A stretch of 64,000 bases of DNA, from assembly GCA_965207075.1 (NCBI GenBank), contig CBDBLO010000002.1, forward strand, positions 608,001 to 672,000, in the 5' to 3' direction. Every line of letters begins with the position of its first letter. Positions within the stretch are counted from its first letter, which is position 1. Below are positions 56,589 through 64,000 of this stretch, piece after piece. The translations under genes and the position numbers were made by a program. The notes beneath the pieces were generated by a model, which saw only the letters and a list, made by a program, of their open reading frames with translations, was not told where the DNA came from and did not search any database. This DNA comes from Nitrosopumilus sp. (GTDB lineage Archaea; Thermoproteota; Nitrososphaeria; Nitrososphaerales; Nitrosopumilaceae).

Positions 56589-56797
56589 GGTACTACTGCA
56601 AATTCATGATATGTGTATGGCGGCAGTTAGAAATTGAAAAGCTAACGAGAAATGCCCTGTTGTGAAAAATGTCGGAAATTGATGGACTTGGCGGTGTTCT
56701 GGATGATCACCACGCGTGGACGTTGATAAGTCCTTAGTGCCTTGTATAGAATTTGTATATAAAGGCGGATTCTATATCACGAATTCGCAACAGTACG
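56589..56797 (-). mobile_element. 209-bp MITE with IS6-like TIRs
   Basis: GGTACTACTGCAAATTCATGATAT and revcomp CGTACTGTTGCGAATTCGTGATAT; internal VIIQNTAK resembles the IS6 transposase C-terminus. Confidence 0.7.
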
Positions 56798-57022
56798 CAA
56801 GATCATCATCTTATTATGCCAGTTTTGGGCAATAGTACTGCCGCACCTGGATCCCACGGGCTGACTGAGTCAGCGCCGTGGGCCCATTCGGGGGCGGTAT
56901 TTCTATCCATCTGGACATTTTGCGCTCCAGTCTCTTTTTTGAGCGCTCTCGTAAGATCCATTGAACCCGCCACGCGCGGCTCTAGACCGCGGTTTTTAAA
57001 CAAACAAATTGCATGTGCACTA

Positions 57023-58126
57023 TAGCTAGAAGCAAAAGTCCTTGAGGGATCAAACTTGTCAAACAGAAACAGATTTTGATCCCCCTGTATCACGCACGGC
57101 ATGGCAACAGTAGGACCGGAGGACCTGAGGAAAGCGTACAGGAAGGAAAGAGACCCACGGGTCAAGATCAGGATGGCTGCGGTAAACATGGTATGCATGA
57201 ACAACGAGAGCATACAGCATACGGCGGACTCGCTCATGCAGTGTCCCAACTGGGTCTCCATGTGGGTCGAACGCTTCAAGGAGGGCGGCATAGTCGCCCT
57301 CCGGGACCTCCCAAGGCCTGGCAGGCCGCCCAAGGTGGAGCGCAGTGAGATGGAACGTATAATGCGCGGGGCATCCGGGTCAAGGACCACCGCCACCGCG
57401 CTGCAGCAGGACATACGTCAAAAGACGGGAGCCTTGTTCCACATCACGTACGTCAGGAAGCTCATGCACAGGTACGGCCTGACCCCCAAGGCCGCCACCG
57501 CGATACACGTCAACCGCGCGGGCAGCAGGGCCGTGAACGCGTGGCGGTACCGCGCAAAAAGGCGCATTTCACGCCTGAAAACGGCCGGGTTTACGATACT
57601 GGCAGAGGACGAGTCCTTCTTCATCCATGACACCAAGTCCGGGCGCAAATACTGGTCCCCTGCGGGGACAAGGATAACCGTCCCGTACACTGGAAGCCAC
57701 AAAAAAGTGACGGTATACGGGGCCGTCACCGACGGCGGGAAGCGGTTCTTCAGGGTGTACGACACCGGGTTCAACACGGAGACGTTCATCCGGTACGTCG
57801 TGGAAATGAACAGGCGGTTCGGCAAAATAGTCGTGGTTCTGGACAAGGCGTCACCGCACTGCTCCAAGGCCCTGAAGCAGAGATTCGGGCGCGACAGGGA
57901 CGTCAGGTTCGTCTACCTGCCGCGCGGATCGCCGTACCTCAACATGATCGAGGAGTACTGGCGGCAGGCAAAGCACCGCCTGCTGGTATCAGAATACTAT
58001 CCGACGTTTTCCGACATGAGAAGGGCCGTATCCGAATACTTCAGGACATCGAGGCTCAGCCTTGACATGTACGCGTACCTTGACAGGTGGTCAGCACCAA
58101 TACTCAAGAACTTTTGATCTTAGCTA
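57023..58126 (+). mobile_element. IS630-family IS, apparently complete
   Basis: TIRs TAGCTAGAAGCAAAAGTCCTTGAG / revcomp TAGCTAAGATCAAAAGTTCTTGAG; flanking TA. Confidence 0.92.
57101..58117 (+). CDS. IS630 transposase
   Basis: HTH WVERFKEGG..PRPGRP; D(EDES), D(LDKAS), E(NMIEEYW); uninterrupted 338 aa. Confidence 0.94.
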   Translation: MATVGPEDLRKAYRKERDPRVKIRMAAVNMVCMNNESIQHTADSLMQCPNWVSMWVERFKEGGIVALRDLPRPGRPPKVERSEMERIMRGASGSRTTATALQQDIRQKTGALFHITYVRKLMHRYGLTPKAATAIHVNRAGSRAVNAWRYRAKRRISRLKTAGFTILAEDESFFIHDTKSGRKYWSPAGTRITVPYTGSHKKVTVYGAVTDGGKRFFRVYDTGFNTETFIRYVVEMNRRFGKIVVVLDKASPHCSKALKQRFGRDRDVRFVYLPRGSPYLNMIEEYWRQAKHRLLVSEYYPTFSDMRRAVSEYFRTSRLSLDMYAYLDRWSAPILKNF

Positions 58127-58139
58127 TACATTGTATATT

Positions 58140-58316
58140 ATGTACATAGACGAATGTGGCACGGAGCGAACGTCGGATCAAACGCAGCATCTTCTCGTTT
58201 CAGTAGTGGTAATACATGAAAAAAACTTGCAGGATGTGTATGCGGTAGTTCGCAGCATACGTAACACAGTCTTTCCTGCTAGATTTGAGCATTCTGAGAT
58301 TCATGCCCAGAGCTGA
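58140..58316 (+). pseudogene. DUF3800-family N-terminal fragment
   Basis: MYIDECG...VVIHE...EIHA, truncated at the IS end. Confidence 0.6.
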
Positions 58317-58405
58317 CAAGTTAACGGGAGATGTCTTCTCATGGTAAGCGTCGGGATCTGGCGGTTTGACGGCGTTCTGGATGACCGCCTTCCACCTGTT
58401 CGCTG
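58310..58405 (-). mobile_element. Right end and transposase 3' tip of an IS6-like element
   Basis: Resembles revcomp of 49975-50066; RWKAVIQNAVK. Confidence 0.8.
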
Positions 58406-58654
58406 TATCTGCTTGCGACTCATGGGTCTCTTGATCGTACGTGATGCAACAGTCGCCCCCCATCATGCTCCGTACACGGAACACCCTGCTGATCGCAACC
58501 ATCTACTCCATACAAACTGGATTGCCAGATCCGTTTTACAAGTGTCAGAATCCCCGGATTCGTGCGCGATGCGCAGGATAGGTGAATGGTTGTTGTGTCT
58601 CTGAGAGCGGCCCGCTTATAGAATTTATAACGATCTCATGCGGGGCACGGTATT

Positions 58655-59563
58655 ATGGATTCGACGCCGCCTGCCGCATCACCATCGCCATCATCGACGC
58701 GCCCGCCGCGGCCGCCCCCCTCCGACCAGTCCCAGATACTCGACTCGGACTTTGTGTACGTGGACGGAAAGGGGAACACGATGAAGAGCAGGACGGAGCT
58801 TGCCGTGTCCCAGATGCTGGACTTTCTCGGCATTGCGTACGAGTACGGGCACGCCGTGGACCTGGGCGACGGCGAGGGCCGGACGGTACGGATCGACTTC
58901 AAGACCGACAGGGGCCTCATAGAGGTGATAGACGGCGAGGACGATCTTGCCAAGTATGAGATGGTGAGATCCCACCCCTCGACTGCGTCGTCCGGCACGC
59001 GTATCATGGCAATAGGGGGGGCCAGGAACGTGGCCCGCATAAGCGAGATTGGCGACGTCATATGCTATGACAACAAGGCGCCCCAGACGGGCTCGATATT
59101 CCTGGAGGATCCCTCGTTCTCGTTTGACTATGCACACATACTGCCCCTCGTCGAAAAGTGCTCCATACTGCACGGCCACACGTCGTCGGTGATGGTCGAG
59201 CTGGTCGGGCAGATGAAGGACAACCTGCTGGTCGACTTTGGGGTGGCAAAGGAGATCATAAGGGAGGCGGTGTCCGTGTTTGACCACAAGTTCTTCATAA
59301 ACGAGAAGTACGTGGCGGGGCGGGACGACGCACACTATACGGTGAGGTTCAACGGCCCGAGGGGCAGGTTCGACCTGCAGGTGCCAAAGGACACGACGTA
59401 CCTGCTAAGCGGAGAGGCGACCGTGGAGAACTTGGCGACGGAGCTGATCAGGCTGCTTGCGCCAAGGATGCCGCCAAACGTGGAGGCAGTCGGCGTCTAC
59501 ATATACGAGGGGTACAACAAGGGCTCCCACATCATAACAAAGATCAGGGACATTGCGCAATGA
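58655..59563 (+). CDS. queD: QueD/PTPS-like protein with N-terminal PD-(D/E)XK-like domain
   Basis: FDYAH, CSILHGHT, VDFG, FDHKF, TVENLA, IYEG; N-terminal KSRTE...YEY...IDF...IEV. Confidence 0.85.
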   Translation: MDSTPPAASPSPSSTRPPRPPPSDQSQILDSDFVYVDGKGNTMKSRTELAVSQMLDFLGIAYEYGHAVDLGDGEGRTVRIDFKTDRGLIEVIDGEDDLAKYEMVRSHPSTASSGTRIMAIGGARNVARISEIGDVICYDNKAPQTGSIFLEDPSFSFDYAHILPLVEKCSILHGHTSSVMVELVGQMKDNLLVDFGVAKEIIREAVSVFDHKFFINEKYVAGRDDAHYTVRFNGPRGRFDLQVPKDTTYLLSGEATVENLATELIRLLAPRMPPNVEAVGVYIYEGYNKGSHIITKIRDIAQ

Positions 59564-62061
59564 GCGGCGGTAATGACGGTGACGGGGGCGATGGCAGGAG
59601 GGCCCCCGCAATAACAGAAAAGGCCTGGAACCCTGGGCTTGAGTCTGAGATACGGAGAAAGTGGCAGCAAGAAGACACCTACAGGTTCACCATGCAGGAG
59701 AAGGGCCGCAACTATACTATCGACACGCCGCCCCCGTATCCGTCGGGCAGGCCCTGGCACATCGGGGCCGCGGCCCACTATTCGCAGATAGACATGATAG
59801 CCCGCACCGCCCGCATGTCGGGAAAAAACGTCTACTTTCCCATAGGGATAGACAGGAACGGACTGCCAGTCGAGATATACACGGAGAAAAAGCACAACAT
59901 CAGGATGCGGGAGACTGACCGCACCGAATTCCTGGAGATGTGCAGCGACTCGCTTGACGAGCTGGAGTCCGAGATGGTCCAGATAATGGACGGGCTGGGG
60001 CTCAGCGGCGACACGTCGGCCAGGTACCGCACCGACACGCCCCAGTACAGGGCGCTCACGCAGGCCACGTTCATCAAAATGTGGCGCAACGGGGACGTCT
60101 ACCTGGCAAACAGGCCCAACAACTACGACTGGGTGTCCGGCACCACCATAGCGGACGCGGAGATCGCGTACGTCGAGATGCCCGCAAAGCTCGTACACAT
60201 GAGGTTCAAGCTCGAGGCCCCGCGGGAGGGCGGCAAGGACCACATCATAGTCGCGAGCACCAGGCCCGAGCTGCTGTGCGCCTGCAGGGCCGTGATAGTG
60301 AACGCCGACGACGAGAGGTACTCGGGGTGCGCGGGCCGGACCGTTACGGTGCCCGTTACGAACCAGAAGGTGCCCATACTGGAGCACCACTCGGCAAGGG
60401 CCGAGTTCGGGTCGGGCGCCGTGATGGTGTGCAGCTATGGTGACCAGAACGACGTGGCGCTGTTCCGGGAGCTGGGGCTCGAGGAGGTGGCCGCCATAGG
60501 CCTCGACGGCCGCATGGCCGATGCCGCGGGCCCCTACGCGGGCCTCAGGCCAAAGCAGGCGAGGGCCAAGATCATCGAGGACATGCAAGAGTCCGGAGAC
60601 ATCATCAGCAGGGTGGAGGAGATCACGCACCGCACCCCGGTGGCGGAGAGGAGCAGGAACCCCATAGAGATAATCCCGATGGAGGAGTACTACATGAAGC
60701 AGATGGACTACACGGACAGGATCAGGGAGATGGCAGAGAAGATAACCTTCCATCCCCCCATGCACAAGCAGGTCCTGTTCAACTGGCTCGAGTCCATAAG
60801 CATGGACTGGCCCATATCGAGGCGCCGCTACTACGGCACCGAGATTCCTGCATGGCGCTGCCAAAAGTGCGGCGACACGTACGTGCCGGAGCCCGGAAGG
60901 TACTACAGGCCCTGGACTGAGGAGTGTCCCGCCCGGGAGTGCCCCAAGTGCGGGGCGTCGGACTTTGCAGGAGAGGAGCGCACGTTTGACACGTGGATGG
61001 ACTCGAGCATATCGCCGCTGTTCATATGCGGGTACGCGGGCGGCGGGGCGGACGGTGAGGTAGCCGACGGGGCTAACGACAGGTTCGAGAGGCTGTATCC
61101 GGCCTCCATCAGGCCCCAGGCAAAGGACATAGTCAGGACCTGGCTGTACTATACGCTGCTGCGGTGCGACAAGATGACCGGCACGGCGCCCTGGTCGGAG
61201 GCGTGGATAATGGGGTACGGGCTTGACGAGCACGGGCTGAAGATGAGCAAGAGCAAGGGCAACGCGATAGACCCTCTCCCGGTGATAGAGAGGCTCGGGG
61301 CCGACACGTTCCGGTTTTGGAACGCAAGCGAGGTGAACCACGGGTACGACTTTAGGTGCAGCGAGCAGAAGATAGAGTCGGCAAAAAAGTTCCTCAGCAA
61401 GTTGTGGAACGTCTCCCGGTTCCTGTCATCATTCGAGGTCCCGGACGGGGGGGGCGGTAGCGCGGACCTGCTGGTGCAGGACAAGCCGGCGCGCGGCAGC
61501 CTGCAGGACGCGGACCGGTGGATACTCGGGGAGCTTGACGCGCTGGTAGAGCGGTGCCGCAGGGGGTATTCGGAGTACAACTTTTTCACCCCCGCCATCG
61601 CGGTCAGGGAGTTTACGTGGAACGTGTTTGCCGCGCACTATATCGAGATGGTGAAGGGGAGGGCGTACGGGGAAGGCTTCTCTGAGGGGGAGCGGCGGGC
61701 GGCCGTGCGGACGCTTCACGCAGTGTTGCACGCCATACTGAGGCTGCTTGCTCCCATCACGCCGTTCATCACGGAGTACCTGTGGCAGAGGATGTACGCC
61801 GCGCCGGGCGGCAAGAGCATACACCGCGAGGCGCTGCCCGGCCGCGCGCCCGCATCGGACAGCGGCCATGGCGCGGGCGGCCCCGACGGCGGTGACGACG
61901 CTACCACCAGGGCGATAACAGAGTTCAACTCCATGGTGTGGAACAGGAAAAAGTCCGAGAACCTGTCGCTAAAGGACGGGATTGCACTGGAGATTCCGGA
62001 CGCCCTAAAGCCGTTTGAGAGGGACCTGAGGGCGATGCACAACATAACAAACAGTGGCTAG
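59560..62061 (+). CDS. valS: Valine--tRNA ligase
   Basis: IDTPPPY, HIGA, DWPISRRRYYG, DTWMDSS, KMSKS. Confidence 0.96.
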   Translation: MSGGNDGDGGDGRRAPAITEKAWNPGLESEIRRKWQQEDTYRFTMQEKGRNYTIDTPPPYPSGRPWHIGAAAHYSQIDMIARTARMSGKNVYFPIGIDRNGLPVEIYTEKKHNIRMRETDRTEFLEMCSDSLDELESEMVQIMDGLGLSGDTSARYRTDTPQYRALTQATFIKMWRNGDVYLANRPNNYDWVSGTTIADAEIAYVEMPAKLVHMRFKLEAPREGGKDHIIVASTRPELLCACRAVIVNADDERYSGCAGRTVTVPVTNQKVPILEHHSARAEFGSGAVMVCSYGDQNDVALFRELGLEEVAAIGLDGRMADAAGPYAGLRPKQARAKIIEDMQESGDIISRVEEITHRTPVAERSRNPIEIIPMEEYYMKQMDYTDRIREMAEKITFHPPMHKQVLFNWLESISMDWPISRRRYYGTEIPAWRCQKCGDTYVPEPGRYYRPWTEECPARECPKCGASDFAGEERTFDTWMDSSISPLFICGYAGGGADGEVADGANDRFERLYPASIRPQAKDIVRTWLYYTLLRCDKMTGTAPWSEAWIMGYGLDEHGLKMSKSKGNAIDPLPVIERLGADTFRFWNASEVNHGYDFRCSEQKIESAKKFLSKLWNVSRFLSSFEVPDGGGGSADLLVQDKPARGSLQDADRWILGELDALVERCRRGYSEYNFFTPAIAVREFTWNVFAAHYIEMVKGRAYGEGFSEGERRAAVRTLHAVLHAILRLLAPITPFITEYLWQRMYAAPGGKSIHREALPGRAPASDSGHGAGGPDGGDDATTRAITEFNSMVWNRKKSENLSLKDGIALEIPDALKPFERDLRAMHNITNSG

Positions 62062-62828
62062 CCGCGCCTTTTGCGCCGCACCGCGTCCACAAAGTACTTG
62101 TGCACGGCAAGGTCGCCGGACAGCTCCGGGTGGAACGCCGTGCCGATTATGTCGCCCTTGCGGACCGCTACTATTCTGCGCCGCGGGCCGCTGCCGCCGG
62201 CATCGGGGGCCGCGTCACCGTTATCACCACCACCACCACCATCAGCATCAACGCCACCACTACTGTCGCCCACGCCGGGCGGCAGCTCGCAGAGCGCCTC
62301 CACGTCAGGCCCCGTCCCGCATACGACGGGGGCCCGGATAAAGACGCCCTTGAAGTTTGATATCGAAAGCGGCCTGATGTCCAGCTTGGCCTCAAAGGAC
62401 TGGCGCTGGCGCCCAAAGGCGTTGCGCTGCACCTCGACGTCGAGCACCCCTAGGAGCGGCTGTCCGTCAAGCCTTCCGACCGTACGGTCGTCGGCGGACC
62501 TTGCAAGCAGGATCAGCCCTGCGCATATGCCCAGGACAGGCATGCCGTCGCCGCTGACCCTTTCACGTATGGCGTCAAGCACGCCGCCTGCAGCGGAGAG
62601 CCTGCCGATGGTGGTGCTCTCGCCGCCCGGAATCACGAGCCCGTCGAGCCTTGATATCTCGTCGGCGGTCTTTACCTGCAGCACGGCGTCGTCCTCAAAG
62701 CCGCGCGGCGCCTTTAGCGCGCTTGATATGGCGGCCACGTTCTCTGCCACGTCGCCCTGTACGGACAGCACCCCTATGCGGACGCCTTTTCTGCCGCTAC
62801 CGCTGCTACTGCCGCCGCCATCGCTCAT
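62058..62828 (-). CDS. pdxT: PLP synthase glutaminase subunit
   Basis: PGGESTT, GICAG, RNAFGRQ, FIRAP, FHPE. Confidence 0.96.
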   Translation of the reverse strand: MSDGGGSSSGSGRKGVRIGVLSVQGDVAENVAAISSALKAPRGFEDDAVLQVKTADEISRLDGLVIPGGESTTIGRLSAAGGVLDAIRERVSGDGMPVLGICAGLILLARSADDRTVGRLDGQPLLGVLDVEVQRNAFGRQRQSFEAKLDIRPLSISNFKGVFIRAPVVCGTGPDVEALCELPPGVGDSSGGVDADGGGGGDNGDAAPDAGGSGPRRRIVAVRKGDIIGTAFHPELSGDLAVHKYFVDAVRRKRRG

Positions 62829-63793
62829 GCCGATGCCCCCCTCTCCTGCATGCGCAAGTCAAGCGTCTTTACGTCCAGCCCCAGCATGGACTGCCTCTCG
62901 TCGATCATCTTCTGCGCCTCGCATACCACGTCGGGATCGTCCCAGTACGTGGTCGCCATGACTATGGACCGCGCCCGCTCGGCCGCGTCGTCGGAGCTGA
63001 ATATGCCGGACCCGACGAATATCCCGTCGCATCCCAGCGACATCAGATACGCCGCGTCCGCTGGGGTGGCGATGCCGCCGGCCGCAAAGTTTACGACCGG
63101 CAGCCTTCCCAGCTTTGCAGTCTGGTCTAGAATGTCGTACGAGACGCGGAACTCCCTGGCCAGCCTTATCATGTCCTGCCTGTCCCCGGAGTCCCTGACC
63201 GCCCTTATGGCGCGCATCTCGTCGTTGAGCTTCTTGATGTGCGTGACAGCCTCGGCCACGTTGCCTGTCCCCGGCTCGCCCTTTGTGCGTATCATGGCCG
63301 CGCCCTCTTCTATGCGCCTGAGGGCCTCGGCAAGCGATCGCGCCCCGTTTACAAACGGCGTGGTAAAGTCCCACTTCCATATGTGGTGGGACTCGTCGGC
63401 GGGAGTTAGCACTTCAGACTCGTCGACCATGTCGACGTTGCAGGATGCCAGCACCCGGGCCTCGGCCACGTGCCCTATCCTGCACTTTGCCATCACGGGT
63501 ATCGTAACGGAGTCCATGATCTCCTCTATGATCTTGATGCTTGCCGTGCGGGCGACCCCGCCTGCGCGCCTGACGTCGGAGGGCAGCTTGTCAAGCACCA
63601 TGACCGACACGGCGCCCGCCTCCTCTGCGATTCTGGCCTGCTCCGTGTTGGTCACGTCCATGACGACCCCGTTTTTGAGCATGTGTGCGAACCCCCGCTT
63701 CAGCCTGGCGGTGCCCCGCATGGAATCGGCAGAGCCGGACTTGTCGCGGACGACCCCGGCCGCGTCGCCGCGCTGCCCCGACAGTGATATCAT
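62825..63793 (-). CDS. pdxS: PLP synthase lyase subunit
   Basis: [41 protein letters not shown]. Confidence 0.97.
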   Translation of the reverse strand: MISLSGQRGDAAGVVRDKSGSADSMRGTARLKRGFAHMLKNGVVMDVTNTEQARIAEEAGAVSVMVLDKLPSDVRRAGGVARTASIKIIEEIMDSVTIPVMAKCRIGHVAEARVLASCNVDMVDESEVLTPADESHHIWKWDFTTPFVNGARSLAEALRRIEEGAAMIRTKGEPGTGNVAEAVTHIKKLNDEMRAIRAVRDSGDRQDMIRLAREFRVSYDILDQTAKLGRLPVVNFAAGGIATPADAAYLMSLGCDGIFVGSGIFSSDDAAERARSIVMATTYWDDPDVVCEAQKMIDERQSMLGLDVKTLDLRMQERGASA

Positions 63794-63849
63794 ACGTGGG
63801 TCGACGCCTCAGGCTATTTTATCTATTTGCTATGGTTCCCGTGCATTAT

Positions 63850-64000
63850 CTGGCGGCGGCTCCAACCCCCTTGAGATACGATCCGCTTCCTGCTGGCGTG
63901 CAAACCCCGGTGATTGTAGTCTGTGCCCAAAAACAGGCCGGGCCGTTAAGACGAATCGGAAGCCTTCTCATAGGGGTGCCTGTGTCCCAACCGGGCCATC
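63850..64000 (+). ncRNA. Probable SRP (7S) RNA, 5' part
   Basis: Non-coding; divergent TATA near 63817; Alu-domain-like start GGCGGCTCCAACCCCCTTGAGATACGATCCGC; the diagnostic helix 8 would lie beyond the window. Confidence 0.45.

Noticed and set aside
52790-58500. Intact provirus
   Set aside because: No capsid, terminase, integrase or replication gene is recognisable
59497-61341. Long antisense ORF (614 aa) and similar shadows (50407-51696, 42222-43244, 1225-2115, 25243-26226)
   Set aside because: They lie opposite well-supported genes and are expected from high GC3 content
1-64000. CRISPR array or cas genes
   Set aside because: No regularly spaced repeats with unique spacers; all repeats are microsatellites, TIRs or duplications

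Overview
Chromosomal segment of a GC-rich ammonia-oxidising archaeon (Nitrososphaerota, Nitrosopumilaceae/Cenarchaeum-like, possibly a host-associated symbiont; this placement is inferred from gene content and order). The backbone is housekeeping: OLD-like ATPase, apt, mtnP, top6A/B, KH/Rio1, aIF-2beta, uppS, pyrF, purA, sua5/THUMP/Ubl-Cgi121, rps17e, tatD, histone, tRNA-Cys, tRNA-Thr, PMM, thiL, rps11, rtcB, purB, phhB, queD-like, valS and pdxT/S. Many of these proteins carry low-complexity insertions or extensions. Four accessory regions interrupt the backbone. (1) At 9.1-13.6 kb, IS66/IS630 remnants surround a secreted, apparently catalytically dead matrixin-like protein coupled to a TIMP-like protein, with a degraded paralogous operon that shares the promoter. 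(2) At 31.6-33.1 kb, an intact TnpB is bounded by 24-bp inverted repeats resembling IS6-like ends found elsewhere in the window. (3) At 48.8-50.1 kb, an IS6-like element carries two paralogous AT-rich microproteins. (4) At 52.8-58.5 kb, an island holds a duplicated phhB, two toxin-antitoxin pairs with dead toxins, an operon of Cys-rich microproteins, MITEs and an intact IS630. No CRISPR array was seen. All family assignments come from motif reading by eye, not database searches.
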